A stretch of 64,000 bases of DNA, taken from the IMG/VR virus record IMGVR_UViG_3300027970_000019, positions 7,713-71,712 of that record, one strand, 5' to 3'. Under the pieces are notes generated by a model, which saw only the letters and a list, made by a program, of their open reading frames with translations, was not told where the DNA came from and ran no database searches. Shown piece by piece: positions 46,017-54,959 of this stretch (the stretch's first letter is position 1; every line of letters begins with the position of its first letter). A program made the translations under genes and the position numbers. Source of the stretch: a virus.

Positions 46017-47210
46017 ATGGGAAAACTAAGACCTATTGGTAGTGAGAAATTAGAAGGGATGGATAAAATAAGAAGGATGATTGAGATATCTCAATATAAT
46101 CTTAATACGCCAAAACCAATTAATGAAGTTTCATCTAATGAATATAGAAAGACCTTGGCTGATGGAAATACTTATCACATTGTTAAAGAAAGAACTGGAT
46201 ATGTAATTAAAAAAGGACTTTACGAATCAACTGCCGAATATATTGAACCAATCAAAAATAGAAAATTTTATCCTTCATATTCTCAAGCATTAAAACGTTT
46301 GAATTTAATAACAAAAGAGGTAAATATAAATGAGGGTCAAACTAAAAATCTTTCATTGTTTGTTGAAAGTGATGAGCAAATGGAATATTATTTGGAAATG
46401 GACGAACAAGCTCCTCCTACAGCCCCACCTCCTGTGCCAGCACCAGCTCCCGCTCCAGCACCTACTGATATGCCTCCAGCACCTGAAGGTGATATGCCGC
46501 CTATGCCAGAAGAACCAATGCCTGAACCTGAAGAACCGATGGATATGGGGGACGATGACGATGATGATGAGGATGTTACATTTAAAACAATTCAAAAAGT
46601 AACTGGTAGATTAGCACAAAAAATTAGAACATTCTTGTCTAATGAAGACAACGAAATGACATCACAAGATACGAAATATGTTATTAACTCAGTTCTTTCT
46701 GCTTTAGATTTATCAACACTTGAAGATGATGATATGGATGAAATTATGGCCAAATTTGAAGGTGGTGAGGAAGATGGTGAAGAAATGCCTGAAATGGGTG
46801 GAGAAGAAGGAGGAATGGAAGGTGAACAAATGCCACCACCACCAATGCCTGATGAAAGTATGACACCACCACCACCCGCACCAGAGAGTGAAATTGCGGA
46901 ATATCGTACACATGGGGCTAGAAAAAACAGACATCAATCTATTGAAGAAGTTTTTGAAGAAGTTTTTTCTGAATCTAAAGTAGATAAAGTATTGGGTAAA
47001 TATTTTGGTAAACAACAACATAAATCAAATAACAATATAGTGTCAAAAATTCAAAATTTATCTGAATCATTTAAACAAGAAACTCAATCTGTTAAATTTA
47101 TAAATGAGAATAATGATTTTAGACTTTTGGGTAAAAACAAACAAGGGTATTTAGTATTTGAAAATGATTATGAAAGAATTAGAGTAAGTCCAAAAGGTAA
47201 TATTTTATGA
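46017..47210 (+). CDS. Pro/acidic-rich head-assembly region protein
   Basis: ORF track, TATTTAT upstream. Confidence 0.6.
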   Translation: MGKLRPIGSEKLEGMDKIRRMIEISQYNLNTPKPINEVSSNEYRKTLADGNTYHIVKERTGYVIKKGLYESTAEYIEPIKNRKFYPSYSQALKRLNLITKEVNINEGQTKNLSLFVESDEQMEYYLEMDEQAPPTAPPPVPAPAPAPAPTDMPPAPEGDMPPMPEEPMPEPEEPMDMGDDDDDDEDVTFKTIQKVTGRLAQKIRTFLSNEDNEMTSQDTKYVINSVLSALDLSTLEDDDMDEIMAKFEGGEEDGEEMPEMGGEEGGMEGEQMPPPPMPDESMTPPPPAPESEIAEYRTHGARKNRHQSIEEVFEEVFSESKVDKVLGKYFGKQQHKSNNNIVSKIQNLSESFKQETQSVKFINENNDFRLLGKNKQGYLVFENDYERIRVSPKGNIL

Positions 47211-47614
47211 GTTTTTTAATTTATGTTAATAAGTTGGGTTCTAATTACAAAGGTGAAAATTTGTATGAATTCATCTTTTCTGAAAATATAAATGATGTTT
47301 GGGGGGAATCTTGGGATAGTAAACCAGCGAATGGTTACCCATCACCACCAGATTTGGAATTTATATCCAAAGTTGGATTATTAAAAAATGTTTTAGATTT
47401 TGAAGTTTTACAAAATTCTGATACATTTTCAATGTTTGATGGAGTGGAAGATGTTATAGCATTAGGTTGGGAGAAAGAATCAGAATCTGTAAATTTTGAA
47501 AAGGATAAAAGATTAGTATTTAGATTTGGGGATACCATTGAAAGTGTTAAAAATAAACTATACGAAAGAGATATCGTTTTAGAGTTTGAAAAAAAAGTTC
47601 AATATGAATCTTAA
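47207..47614 (+). CDS. hypothetical protein
   Basis: ORF track. Confidence 0.65.
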   Translation: MSFLIYVNKLGSNYKGENLYEFIFSENINDVWGESWDSKPANGYPSPPDLEFISKVGLLKNVLDFEVLQNSDTFSMFDGVEDVIALGWEKESESVNFEKDKRLVFRFGDTIESVKNKLYERDIVLEFEKKVQYES

Positions 47615-48863
47615 TAAAAAAATTGGTTTATTATTAGATAATGGGTTTAAACCTGAATTTATTTCATCCTTAACTGAAAGTAAAATTAATTTTCTATTTG
47701 AAAAAATGTCAAAGAGAAAAGAGAATAAGGAAGCGACAACAACAACAAAAACTGAAAAGGTAACAACTTACACACCTGATGAACTCACTAAAATGAAACA
47801 ACAAAACACAGGTGTGAATGTAAATAATGGTGAAGTTACTCCAACGCCCCAAGGTGGTTTAATTGTTAAACAACAAGCCGAAGGTGAAATAAAAGAAAAA
47901 TTTGAATCTAAGGCGCAACAAGGTTTATTTTGGGCTAGATGTAACAAATGTAAAACTGACGATTGTAAGTGGTGTAAAATGGCTAAGGAATTTTCAAAGA
48001 GTACGTCTGAGAAACAATACAAAAAAATGCCAGAAAAAAAACATCCAAAAAAGACAGTAAAATATAAAAAGAAAGAAACTAATGAGGAATTTACAATGGC
48101 TAATTACTATGATAAGGTTGCTAGTACATACACCAATTTAGCTAAAAGCAAATTAACCAAAGAAGAAATTATAAATAAACATTTAACAAAAATTGTTGAG
48201 TCAAATTTAAAACCAACTATGAAAAAAAGAGACTTACTCAGATTAATTGAATCTGAAAACAAAAATAAAAAAAATCTAAATGAAGATTTTTATTATGACG
48301 AAATGGGTGAAGATTTTGATATGATGTCAAAATACGAAGGAAGACCAAATTGGTATGAAGAAGATGAGGAAGACTATGAAGAGTATGATATGCCTCCAGG
48401 TAGAGAAGATGATGATACTCCAAGGCCTAGAAATAAAATGAGTCGTTTATCTCGTAGAATGAATGACCCATTTGCACCAACAATTGACCCTGGTATTAAA
48501 GAACCAAAAATTAAACCTATAGACCCTGATGTTGAGCCTGAGTGGACACCAGATGAATATGAACCTGAAAATCCTGATGAAGATGAAGAAACAAAGATTC
48601 AAGGAAAAAGAAATATGAATGGACCAGCTATTATACCTATTCGTATTGACCCAAATAGGAAAAGAGAAAGAGAAAGAGAAATAGAACCAGATGAGTGGCA
48701 ACCAGATGAATATGAACCTGAAAATCCTGATGAAGATGAAGAAACAAAGATTCAAGGAAAAAGAAATATGGAATTTATGTTAGAAATTAGAAATAAGTTC
48801 AATAGAACAATGAATCGTTTAAATGAAACACATTACAAGCCAATTAAATATAATAAGTATTAA
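47604..48863 (+). CDS. hypothetical protein with 69-bp internal duplication
   Basis: PDEYEPENPDEDEETKIQGKRNM twice. Confidence 0.6.
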   Translation: MNLNKKIGLLLDNGFKPEFISSLTESKINFLFEKMSKRKENKEATTTTKTEKVTTYTPDELTKMKQQNTGVNVNNGEVTPTPQGGLIVKQQAEGEIKEKFESKAQQGLFWARCNKCKTDDCKWCKMAKEFSKSTSEKQYKKMPEKKHPKKTVKYKKKETNEEFTMANYYDKVASTYTNLAKSKLTKEEIINKHLTKIVESNLKPTMKKRDLLRLIESENKNKKNLNEDFYYDEMGEDFDMMSKYEGRPNWYEEDEEDYEEYDMPPGREDDDTPRPRNKMSRLSRRMNDPFAPTIDPGIKEPKIKPIDPDVEPEWTPDEYEPENPDEDEETKIQGKRNMNGPAIIPIRIDPNRKREREREIEPDEWQPDEYEPENPDEDEETKIQGKRNMEFMLEIRNKFNRTMNRLNETHYKPIKYNKY

Positions 48864-48865
48864 AA

Positions 48866-50071
48866 ATGAAAAAAATTTTATACGAAGCACCTGTTGATGA
48901 TTTTATGGACGATGAGTCTAAAATAAATCTATATGCCGCACAAAAAAGAAAATATGAAAAAGCAAAAGGAGAAGGTGGGTCAAGTAATAAAATGGGTGAA
49001 TTAATGTATTCATTACCGAATTTAGAACGTGAATATAAAACCCAATTAATAAATTTAGCTTTGGCTATTTTTTATAGTAAATTTCCAAAAATAAAAGAAA
49101 GGGTTGACAATGGGTTACTAAAAATGGATGTTAATTTAACTAGTAGTCCTGGTGGTAGAATAAGTCCGCAAAAAGTTGACAAACAAAAAATTGAAAAAGC
49201 CAAAGAAATTGATTCTGATTTTGATGAACGAGTTAAAGCTAGAAATTTTATTAATGCTACAACACAAGGAGCTGCTTGGTCTGAAGGATTCAATGCTTAT
49301 AAAGAAATTGAAAATCAATTAAATCAGTTAAACCCTGAATTGGTAAATAAGTACAATCAATTTGAAAACTCAGCTACAGTATTTTATAACGACAATATTG
49401 AGACATTAGAACGTATGGCCGAACAATCTAGTGGTCGTGTTGCGTATACAGACCTTGTTCCAGATAATAGTAACCCAGGTAATTGGATTTTAATCGTTAG
49501 AGCACCACATTTTCCATTATTAATTCACGAATTATATAAAGGCGGGAGGTATTATAATTCAATTTTATATACACCAAAAGACAAAAATGTAAGTAATACA
49601 TTAAAAGATGTAACAGACACTCATAAACATGAAATCCGAAATATGATTAGTGGTAGAGAAATTAGTTCTAAATTAAGATTTTTATGGGGTGAATTGGTTG
49701 ATGGATATGAGACATGGATGGATGGAGCAATTCAAACACAATTTAATAAAATGGCTAACGACAATCCAAGATTACACAATGAAATTATGTATGATGGTGT
49801 TTTAGGTAATCCTAAACCTGGAGATTCCCCAGAAAAAAAACTAAAACATCAAAAAGCTATGGATAAATTTGAAAAATTTTCACAGATGATTGTTGATGCA
49901 ATTAGAAAAAATCCACCAAAAGTTGAAAAACCTAATTATGATAAAATCATACAGAGTCAAAAAAAGGTTGAACCTATCGAACCAGAATATGATGATGATG
50001 AGGAAGAAAATGACGATGAACCAGAGGATGATGATACAAGTTGGATGGACGATATAGACGATGAAGATTAA
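48866..50071 (+). CDS. hypothetical protein
   Basis: ORF track. Confidence 0.65.
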   Translation: MKKILYEAPVDDFMDDESKINLYAAQKRKYEKAKGEGGSSNKMGELMYSLPNLEREYKTQLINLALAIFYSKFPKIKERVDNGLLKMDVNLTSSPGGRISPQKVDKQKIEKAKEIDSDFDERVKARNFINATTQGAAWSEGFNAYKEIENQLNQLNPELVNKYNQFENSATVFYNDNIETLERMAEQSSGRVAYTDLVPDNSNPGNWILIVRAPHFPLLIHELYKGGRYYNSILYTPKDKNVSNTLKDVTDTHKHEIRNMISGREISSKLRFLWGELVDGYETWMDGAIQTQFNKMANDNPRLHNEIMYDGVLGNPKPGDSPEKKLKHQKAMDKFEKFSQMIVDAIRKNPPKVEKPNYDKIIQSQKKVEPIEPEYDDDEEENDDEPEDDDTSWMDDIDDED

Positions 50072-50128
50072 AAAAAACCCCCCATTTAGAAATAAGTGGG
50101 GGTTTTGATATTTATGTAGAAAGGATTT

Positions 50129-51139
50129 ATGAGTTTAACAAAAGAACAAGTTATGATTGAGTATGTAAAGTGTATCAAAGATACACCTTACGCTCTTAAA
50201 ACATATTTGGAAACATACGACAACACCGTATCAAAATATGTCCCCTTGGAGTTATTTCCTGACCAAATTTCATTATTAAATGATTATGAAGATTATAATG
50301 AAAATATCGCATTAAAATATCGTCAGGCTGGGGTGTCAACGGTAACTGCGGCTTGGATATCTAAGAAAATAGCTTTTGCTAATAAAAAGAAACCTGAGAA
50401 AATTTTAATTATTGCCAACAAATTGGATACATCCCAAGAAATGGCAAATAAGATAAGATTGTTTATTGCCCAATGGCCTAGTTGGGTTGGAATTGATTTC
50501 TCCAAAGATAAAGACTCCCAAAAACATTTCAAAACAAATAATGGGTGTGAAGTAAAAGCGGTTGCAACGTCAAAGGATGCTCTTCGTGGTTTTACACCAA
50601 CAATCCTAGTATTTGACGAAGCTGCGTTTATTGATGCCGACTCAGACTTTTGGGCAGCTTGTATGGCCTCACTATCAACTGGGGGTAAGGTTATTGTGGT
50701 ATCAACACCAAATGGATATGACCCAATTTATTATGAAATCTATAACCAAGCAAATAGGGGAATGAATGATTTCAAAATATCTGAAATGTTTTGGTTTAGA
50801 GACCCAAGATACACAAAAGATTTATACCTAGTCAAAACCAAAGATACAGTCCACTACCTACTCAATAAAACTGAGTATAGTAAAGATGATATTATAAGTT
50901 GGGATAATATACCATTTGAGAATAGAAACTTCGAAGAACTCAAAATTATAATGAGTACAGGGTATAAACCTTGTTCATCTTGGTTTGAGGGTATGGTGAA
51001 GAAATTGAAATACGATAAGAGAAAGGTATCTCAGGAATTAGAGTGTGTTGATTATAATACAATGGTAACACTACGAGACAAAAATACAAATGAAATTTTT
51101 GATGTTAGAATTGGTGATTTATATGAAAATCTATTGTAG
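50129..51139 (+). CDS. terL: terminase large subunit N part ending in 31-aa intein N fragment (51044-51136)
   Basis: LKYRQAGVST, FDEAAF, STPNG, QELE|CVDYNT. Confidence 0.92.
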   Translation: MSLTKEQVMIEYVKCIKDTPYALKTYLETYDNTVSKYVPLELFPDQISLLNDYEDYNENIALKYRQAGVSTVTAAWISKKIAFANKKKPEKILIIANKLDTSQEMANKIRLFIAQWPSWVGIDFSKDKDSQKHFKTNNGCEVKAVATSKDALRGFTPTILVFDEAAFIDADSDFWAACMASLSTGGKVIVVSTPNGYDPIYYEIYNQANRGMNDFKISEMFWFRDPRYTKDLYLVKTKDTVHYLLNKTEYSKDDIISWDNIPFENRNFEELKIIMSTGYKPCSSWFEGMVKKLKYDKRKVSQELECVDYNTMVTLRDKNTNEIFDVRIGDLYENLL

Positions 51140-51187
51140 AATATAGTTCTTGAGTTACTTTTCATTAAAATTGTGATATTTATTTAT

Positions 51188-52369
51188 ATGGAACTTAAAG
51201 AACTCAAATCAAAAATAGAAGAAACTGGATATATTGACAATGTTAAAATTGGAAATTATTTCCATATGAAATACCCCTCAATTTATTCTGAAGTTATAAA
51301 AATAACATCTTGTTTAGAAGATTCATATTGTGACAACAAACTTTTTAGAGCTAGGGTTATCTTCATTTTAAAATATAATTTAGACGTTAACAAAATTAAA
51401 AACGACAAAGGATGGTTTCGTTTTAATAGAAAAAAAGATGATTTTTTTGAAAAAAATATTGACTATGTGAAACAGGGTTGGGAAACAAGTAAGTGTAACT
51501 CGACTAATAACTTTTTAAGTTTAGATGAAACTATTAAAATACTTAGAACAGAAGATTGTTATAAAAATTACTTAGGGAGGTCAAAAAATAGAACTTTAAT
51601 TAAAGAAAATATCAAATTATATGATTCTATTTACCAACACACAAAATTTATGGATTTTTTTAATAAAAATAGTAACAAATTCTCTATGAGAATTTTATTT
51701 TTAGTTAATAAGAATGGTGAAATAAATCAAATAAAGTGTAAAAGTTGTAACGTAAATTTTACTTCATTTAACTATTCAATAGGTGATTATAATGAAAATT
51801 GTGTAAATTGTTTTCATAATACTATTAATCATTATCCGACAATTGGTTATTTTAAAAAAAAATATGGTGACGAATATCAAAAATTTTATGATGAAGATAG
51901 AAAAAGGGTTTCTAATTTAAAAGTTAATAGTAAACAATGGTTTATTAGGAAATACGGTGAATGTAATGGGGTTAAAAAATACGAAGAATATTTATCAAAC
52001 AGAATTGAGATTCTTGAGGGTATTAAATCAAAAAAATATTCAAAAATATCTCAAAAACTTTTTTGGTTAATATATGAAAAATTAAATGAAGAGGAGAAAA
52101 AAAATTGTTGGTTTAAAGAATTAAATAAAGAGGTATTAGTTAAAGTAAGTGAAAACAAATTTTATTTTCCTGATTTTTTGATGGGTAAAAAAATAATTGA
52201 ATATGATGGTAAATATTGGCATCAACAAGATGATGATGATATAAGAAATTCATTATATAAAAAAAATGGATATGATATAATGATAATTAATGAGGATGAT
52301 TTTAGTAGAGTCCATATAAGTGATAATATAATTAATAATTGTGTAAATTTTTTAAGAAATGAAATATAA
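51188..52369 (+). CDS. Vsr-like homing endonuclease inside fractured terL
   Basis: KKYG repeats, SKISQ.LF, FPDF...IIEYDGKYWH. Confidence 0.82.
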   Translation: MELKELKSKIEETGYIDNVKIGNYFHMKYPSIYSEVIKITSCLEDSYCDNKLFRARVIFILKYNLDVNKIKNDKGWFRFNRKKDDFFEKNIDYVKQGWETSKCNSTNNFLSLDETIKILRTEDCYKNYLGRSKNRTLIKENIKLYDSIYQHTKFMDFFNKNSNKFSMRILFLVNKNGEINQIKCKSCNVNFTSFNYSIGDYNENCVNCFHNTINHYPTIGYFKKKYGDEYQKFYDEDRKRVSNLKVNSKQWFIRKYGECNGVKKYEEYLSNRIEILEGIKSKKYSKISQKLFWLIYEKLNEEEKKNCWFKELNKEVLVKVSENKFYFPDFLMGKKIIEYDGKYWHQQDDDDIRNSLYKKNGYDIMIINEDDFSRVHISDNIINNCVNFLRNEI

Positions 52370-54758
52370 TAACGGTAAATATGAAATATCTAGTCCAGAA
52401 GGATTTGTTGATTTTTTAGGGGTTCAAAAACTACAAAGAAAAACTATTGAAATATCATTTTCAAATAATTTAACTCTACGCGGATCTTTAAATCATACTA
52501 TTTTTGATTTTGATAATCACCCAATTGAACTTTCAAATATTAAAATTGGAGACTCTATTAAATCTTTTGATGGTAACTTGGTTGTTGTTGATATACTAAA
52601 CTATGAGGATGAAACTGATGTGTATGATATAATTGACTCAGGTAAATTACATTTATATTACACTAATAAGATTATTTCACATAATTGTAATTTTCTTGGA
52701 TCTGGTGATAATGTATTTGACTCATTATTAATGCAAAAAGTAAAAGACAATTACATAAAAGAACCCCAAAATAAAATGATGGGTAATTCTTTATGGATAT
52801 GGAAAGAACCTGTGATGGGACACAAATATGTTATGGGTTGCTTACCTCCAGGTGAAAAAGTATTAACAAATTTTGGGTTGAAGAATATTGAGGATGTGAC
52901 TTTTAACGAGTTATTAGTTAATGAAACTGGTAATTATGTTAATATTATTAACAAACAAATATATCCAGTAATTGATGAAGATATCTATACAATAAAAGTA
53001 GATAATACATTTAGAACAACAACTTTTACAAAAGAACATCCAATTTTAATAAGTAAAACAATATTAAAAAGAAATTATAAGAAAAATAATAAAGATTATC
53101 AATTTAATGAAAGATATTGGGATTTTGATTTTAAATATGTTAAGACTGAAGATATTGAAGTTGGGGATTGGATTAAAGTTCCAAATCAATATTTTAATAA
53201 AAAAATAGAAAATATTGATAACTATTGGAAAATTTCTGAAAAAGTAAGAACTGATTTTAATATTAGTTCGCCACTAAATAATAAAGAGTTTTGGTGGTTT
53301 ATAGGTATGTGGTTAGGCGATGGTTGGTTAGAACAAAAAAATGATAACTATTTAATTGGTATTTGTTTTGATAAAAAACAAAAATCATATTTATATGAAA
53401 TGGAAAAAATTATTTTTAAATTATTTAATCGTAATCCAACTTACATTGATAAGGAGAGTTCTGATAATTTAGTTTTTAATAGTAAATTTTTATATTATTT
53501 TTTATTGGAAAATTTTGGTAGATATTCATATGGTAAAATGATAAGTGAATGGGTAAAAACAATTCCTAATGAATTTAAATATGAGTTAATTCGTGGTTAT
53601 TTTGATAGTGATGGATGTTGGGTTAAAGTTAAAAAAAAGGATAAATATAACTCTAAGTTAAGCTTTGTAAGTATTAGTTTAACACTATTAGAGTCAATAC
53701 AAGATATTTTATTTTCAATTGGTATAATATCATCACTAAACTTATTAAGAAACCTAGGTGAAATTACATTTAAAAATAAATTATATAAAACAAAAGAAAC
53801 ATATTCTTTAAATTTAGGAAATAATGATTCATTGGAATTACTGCGTTTTATTAATAATAAAGATGATATTAAACTACAAAAATTTAATATTAATGAATTC
53901 TCAATAGTTAATAAAAGAATAATTAGTTCATGCCATTTTAATCAGACTAAAGAATTTATTTTTTTTAGAGTAAAAAATATTAAAAAAAATAAATTTACAG
54001 GTAATGTTTATAATTTTGAGTGTGAAACAAATACATTTATGTGTCATCATATAACAACGCATAATTGTGATGTTAGTCGTGGAGATAGTGAAGATTTTAG
54101 TGCGTTCCAAATAATTGATTTTGATGAAAGAGAACAAGTTGCCGAATATGTGGGAAAATTACCCCCAGATACAATGGCTGAAATATGCTATAAATGGGCA
54201 AATATGTATAACTGTTTTATTGTAATAGATATAACTGGTGGTATGGGGGTATCAACCTCAAGAAAATTACAAGAAATGGGTTATAAGAATTTATATGTTG
54301 ATGGTGTTGATTTGGCGAATAAATGGAAGTATGACCCAAAAACATTGGATAAAATCCCCGGACTAAATTTTAATAACAAACGTGTTCAGATTATTGCTTC
54401 ATTTGAGGAAGCTATGAGACACGAATTTAAGATATATAGTTCAAGGTTATTTGATGAGATGAATACCTTTATTTATGTGAGTGGTAGACCTGACCACCAA
54501 AAGGGACAACATGATGACCTTATTATGTCAATTGCAATGGCGACATATGTTGCAGAATCATCTTTCAGTAGTTTAGAAAAAGTTACGGAACAAACAAAGG
54601 CAATGTTGGAATCTTGGTCTGTATCTAATAATGAAAATATGGGAAAACAATTGGATTTTAATCCAGTAATACCATTTGGACACGAAAGAATAAATCAAAG
54701 AAATCAAAATGTAAGTAAAGATGACTATATGAAATACTCTTGGTTATTTGGAAGATGA
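52359..54758 (+). CDS. terL: intein C fragment (52359-52685) plus terminase C part with cis LAGLIDADG intein (52839-54065)
   Basis: IISHN|CNFLGSG; MG|CLPPGE...GMWLGDG...RGYFDSDG...TTHN|CDVSRGD; HDDLIM. Confidence 0.92.
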   Translation: MKYNNGKYEISSPEGFVDFLGVQKLQRKTIEISFSNNLTLRGSLNHTIFDFDNHPIELSNIKIGDSIKSFDGNLVVVDILNYEDETDVYDIIDSGKLHLYYTNKIISHNCNFLGSGDNVFDSLLMQKVKDNYIKEPQNKMMGNSLWIWKEPVMGHKYVMGCLPPGEKVLTNFGLKNIEDVTFNELLVNETGNYVNIINKQIYPVIDEDIYTIKVDNTFRTTTFTKEHPILISKTILKRNYKKNNKDYQFNERYWDFDFKYVKTEDIEVGDWIKVPNQYFNKKIENIDNYWKISEKVRTDFNISSPLNNKEFWWFIGMWLGDGWLEQKNDNYLIGICFDKKQKSYLYEMEKIIFKLFNRNPTYIDKESSDNLVFNSKFLYYFLLENFGRYSYGKMISEWVKTIPNEFKYELIRGYFDSDGCWVKVKKKDKYNSKLSFVSISLTLLESIQDILFSIGIISSLNLLRNLGEITFKNKLYKTKETYSLNLGNNDSLELLRFINNKDDIKLQKFNINEFSIVNKRIISSCHFNQTKEFIFFRVKNIKKNKFTGNVYNFECETNTFMCHHITTHNCDVSRGDSEDFSAFQIIDFDEREQVAEYVGKLPPDTMAEICYKWANMYNCFIVIDITGGMGVSTSRKLQEMGYKNLYVDGVDLANKWKYDPKTLDKIPGLNFNNKRVQIIASFEEAMRHEFKIYSSRLFDEMNTFIYVSGRPDHQKGQHDDLIMSIAMATYVAESSFSSLEKVTEQTKAMLESWSVSNNENMGKQLDFNPVIPFGHERINQRNQNVSKDDYMKYSWLFGR

Positions 54759-54781
54759 TAATATTTATAATATAAAAACAT

Positions 54782-54922
54782 ATGGGATTAGTAGATAGAA
54801 AAAAAACAGGTAGAATAATTGCTTCAAAAGTATTAGTTCCAAACCAAGGTATTGTAACTTCCAAGATACAAGTACCAGATAAATTAGAAATCAAAACTAC
54901 CAAAATTAAGGGAAATGATTAA
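54782..54922 (+). CDS. small basic hypothetical protein
   Basis: 46-aa ORF with TATTTAT upstream. Confidence 0.5.
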   Translation: MGLVDRKKTGRIIASKVLVPNQGIVTSKIQVPDKLEIKTTKIKGND

Positions 54923-54959
54923 GTCTTTAATTATTTCACGAATCAATTAAATTAGATTT

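Noticed and set aside
48548-48770. Diversity-generating retroelement template/variable repeat pair
   Set aside because: The 69-bp copies are identical, in frame in one gene, and no reverse transcriptase is present.
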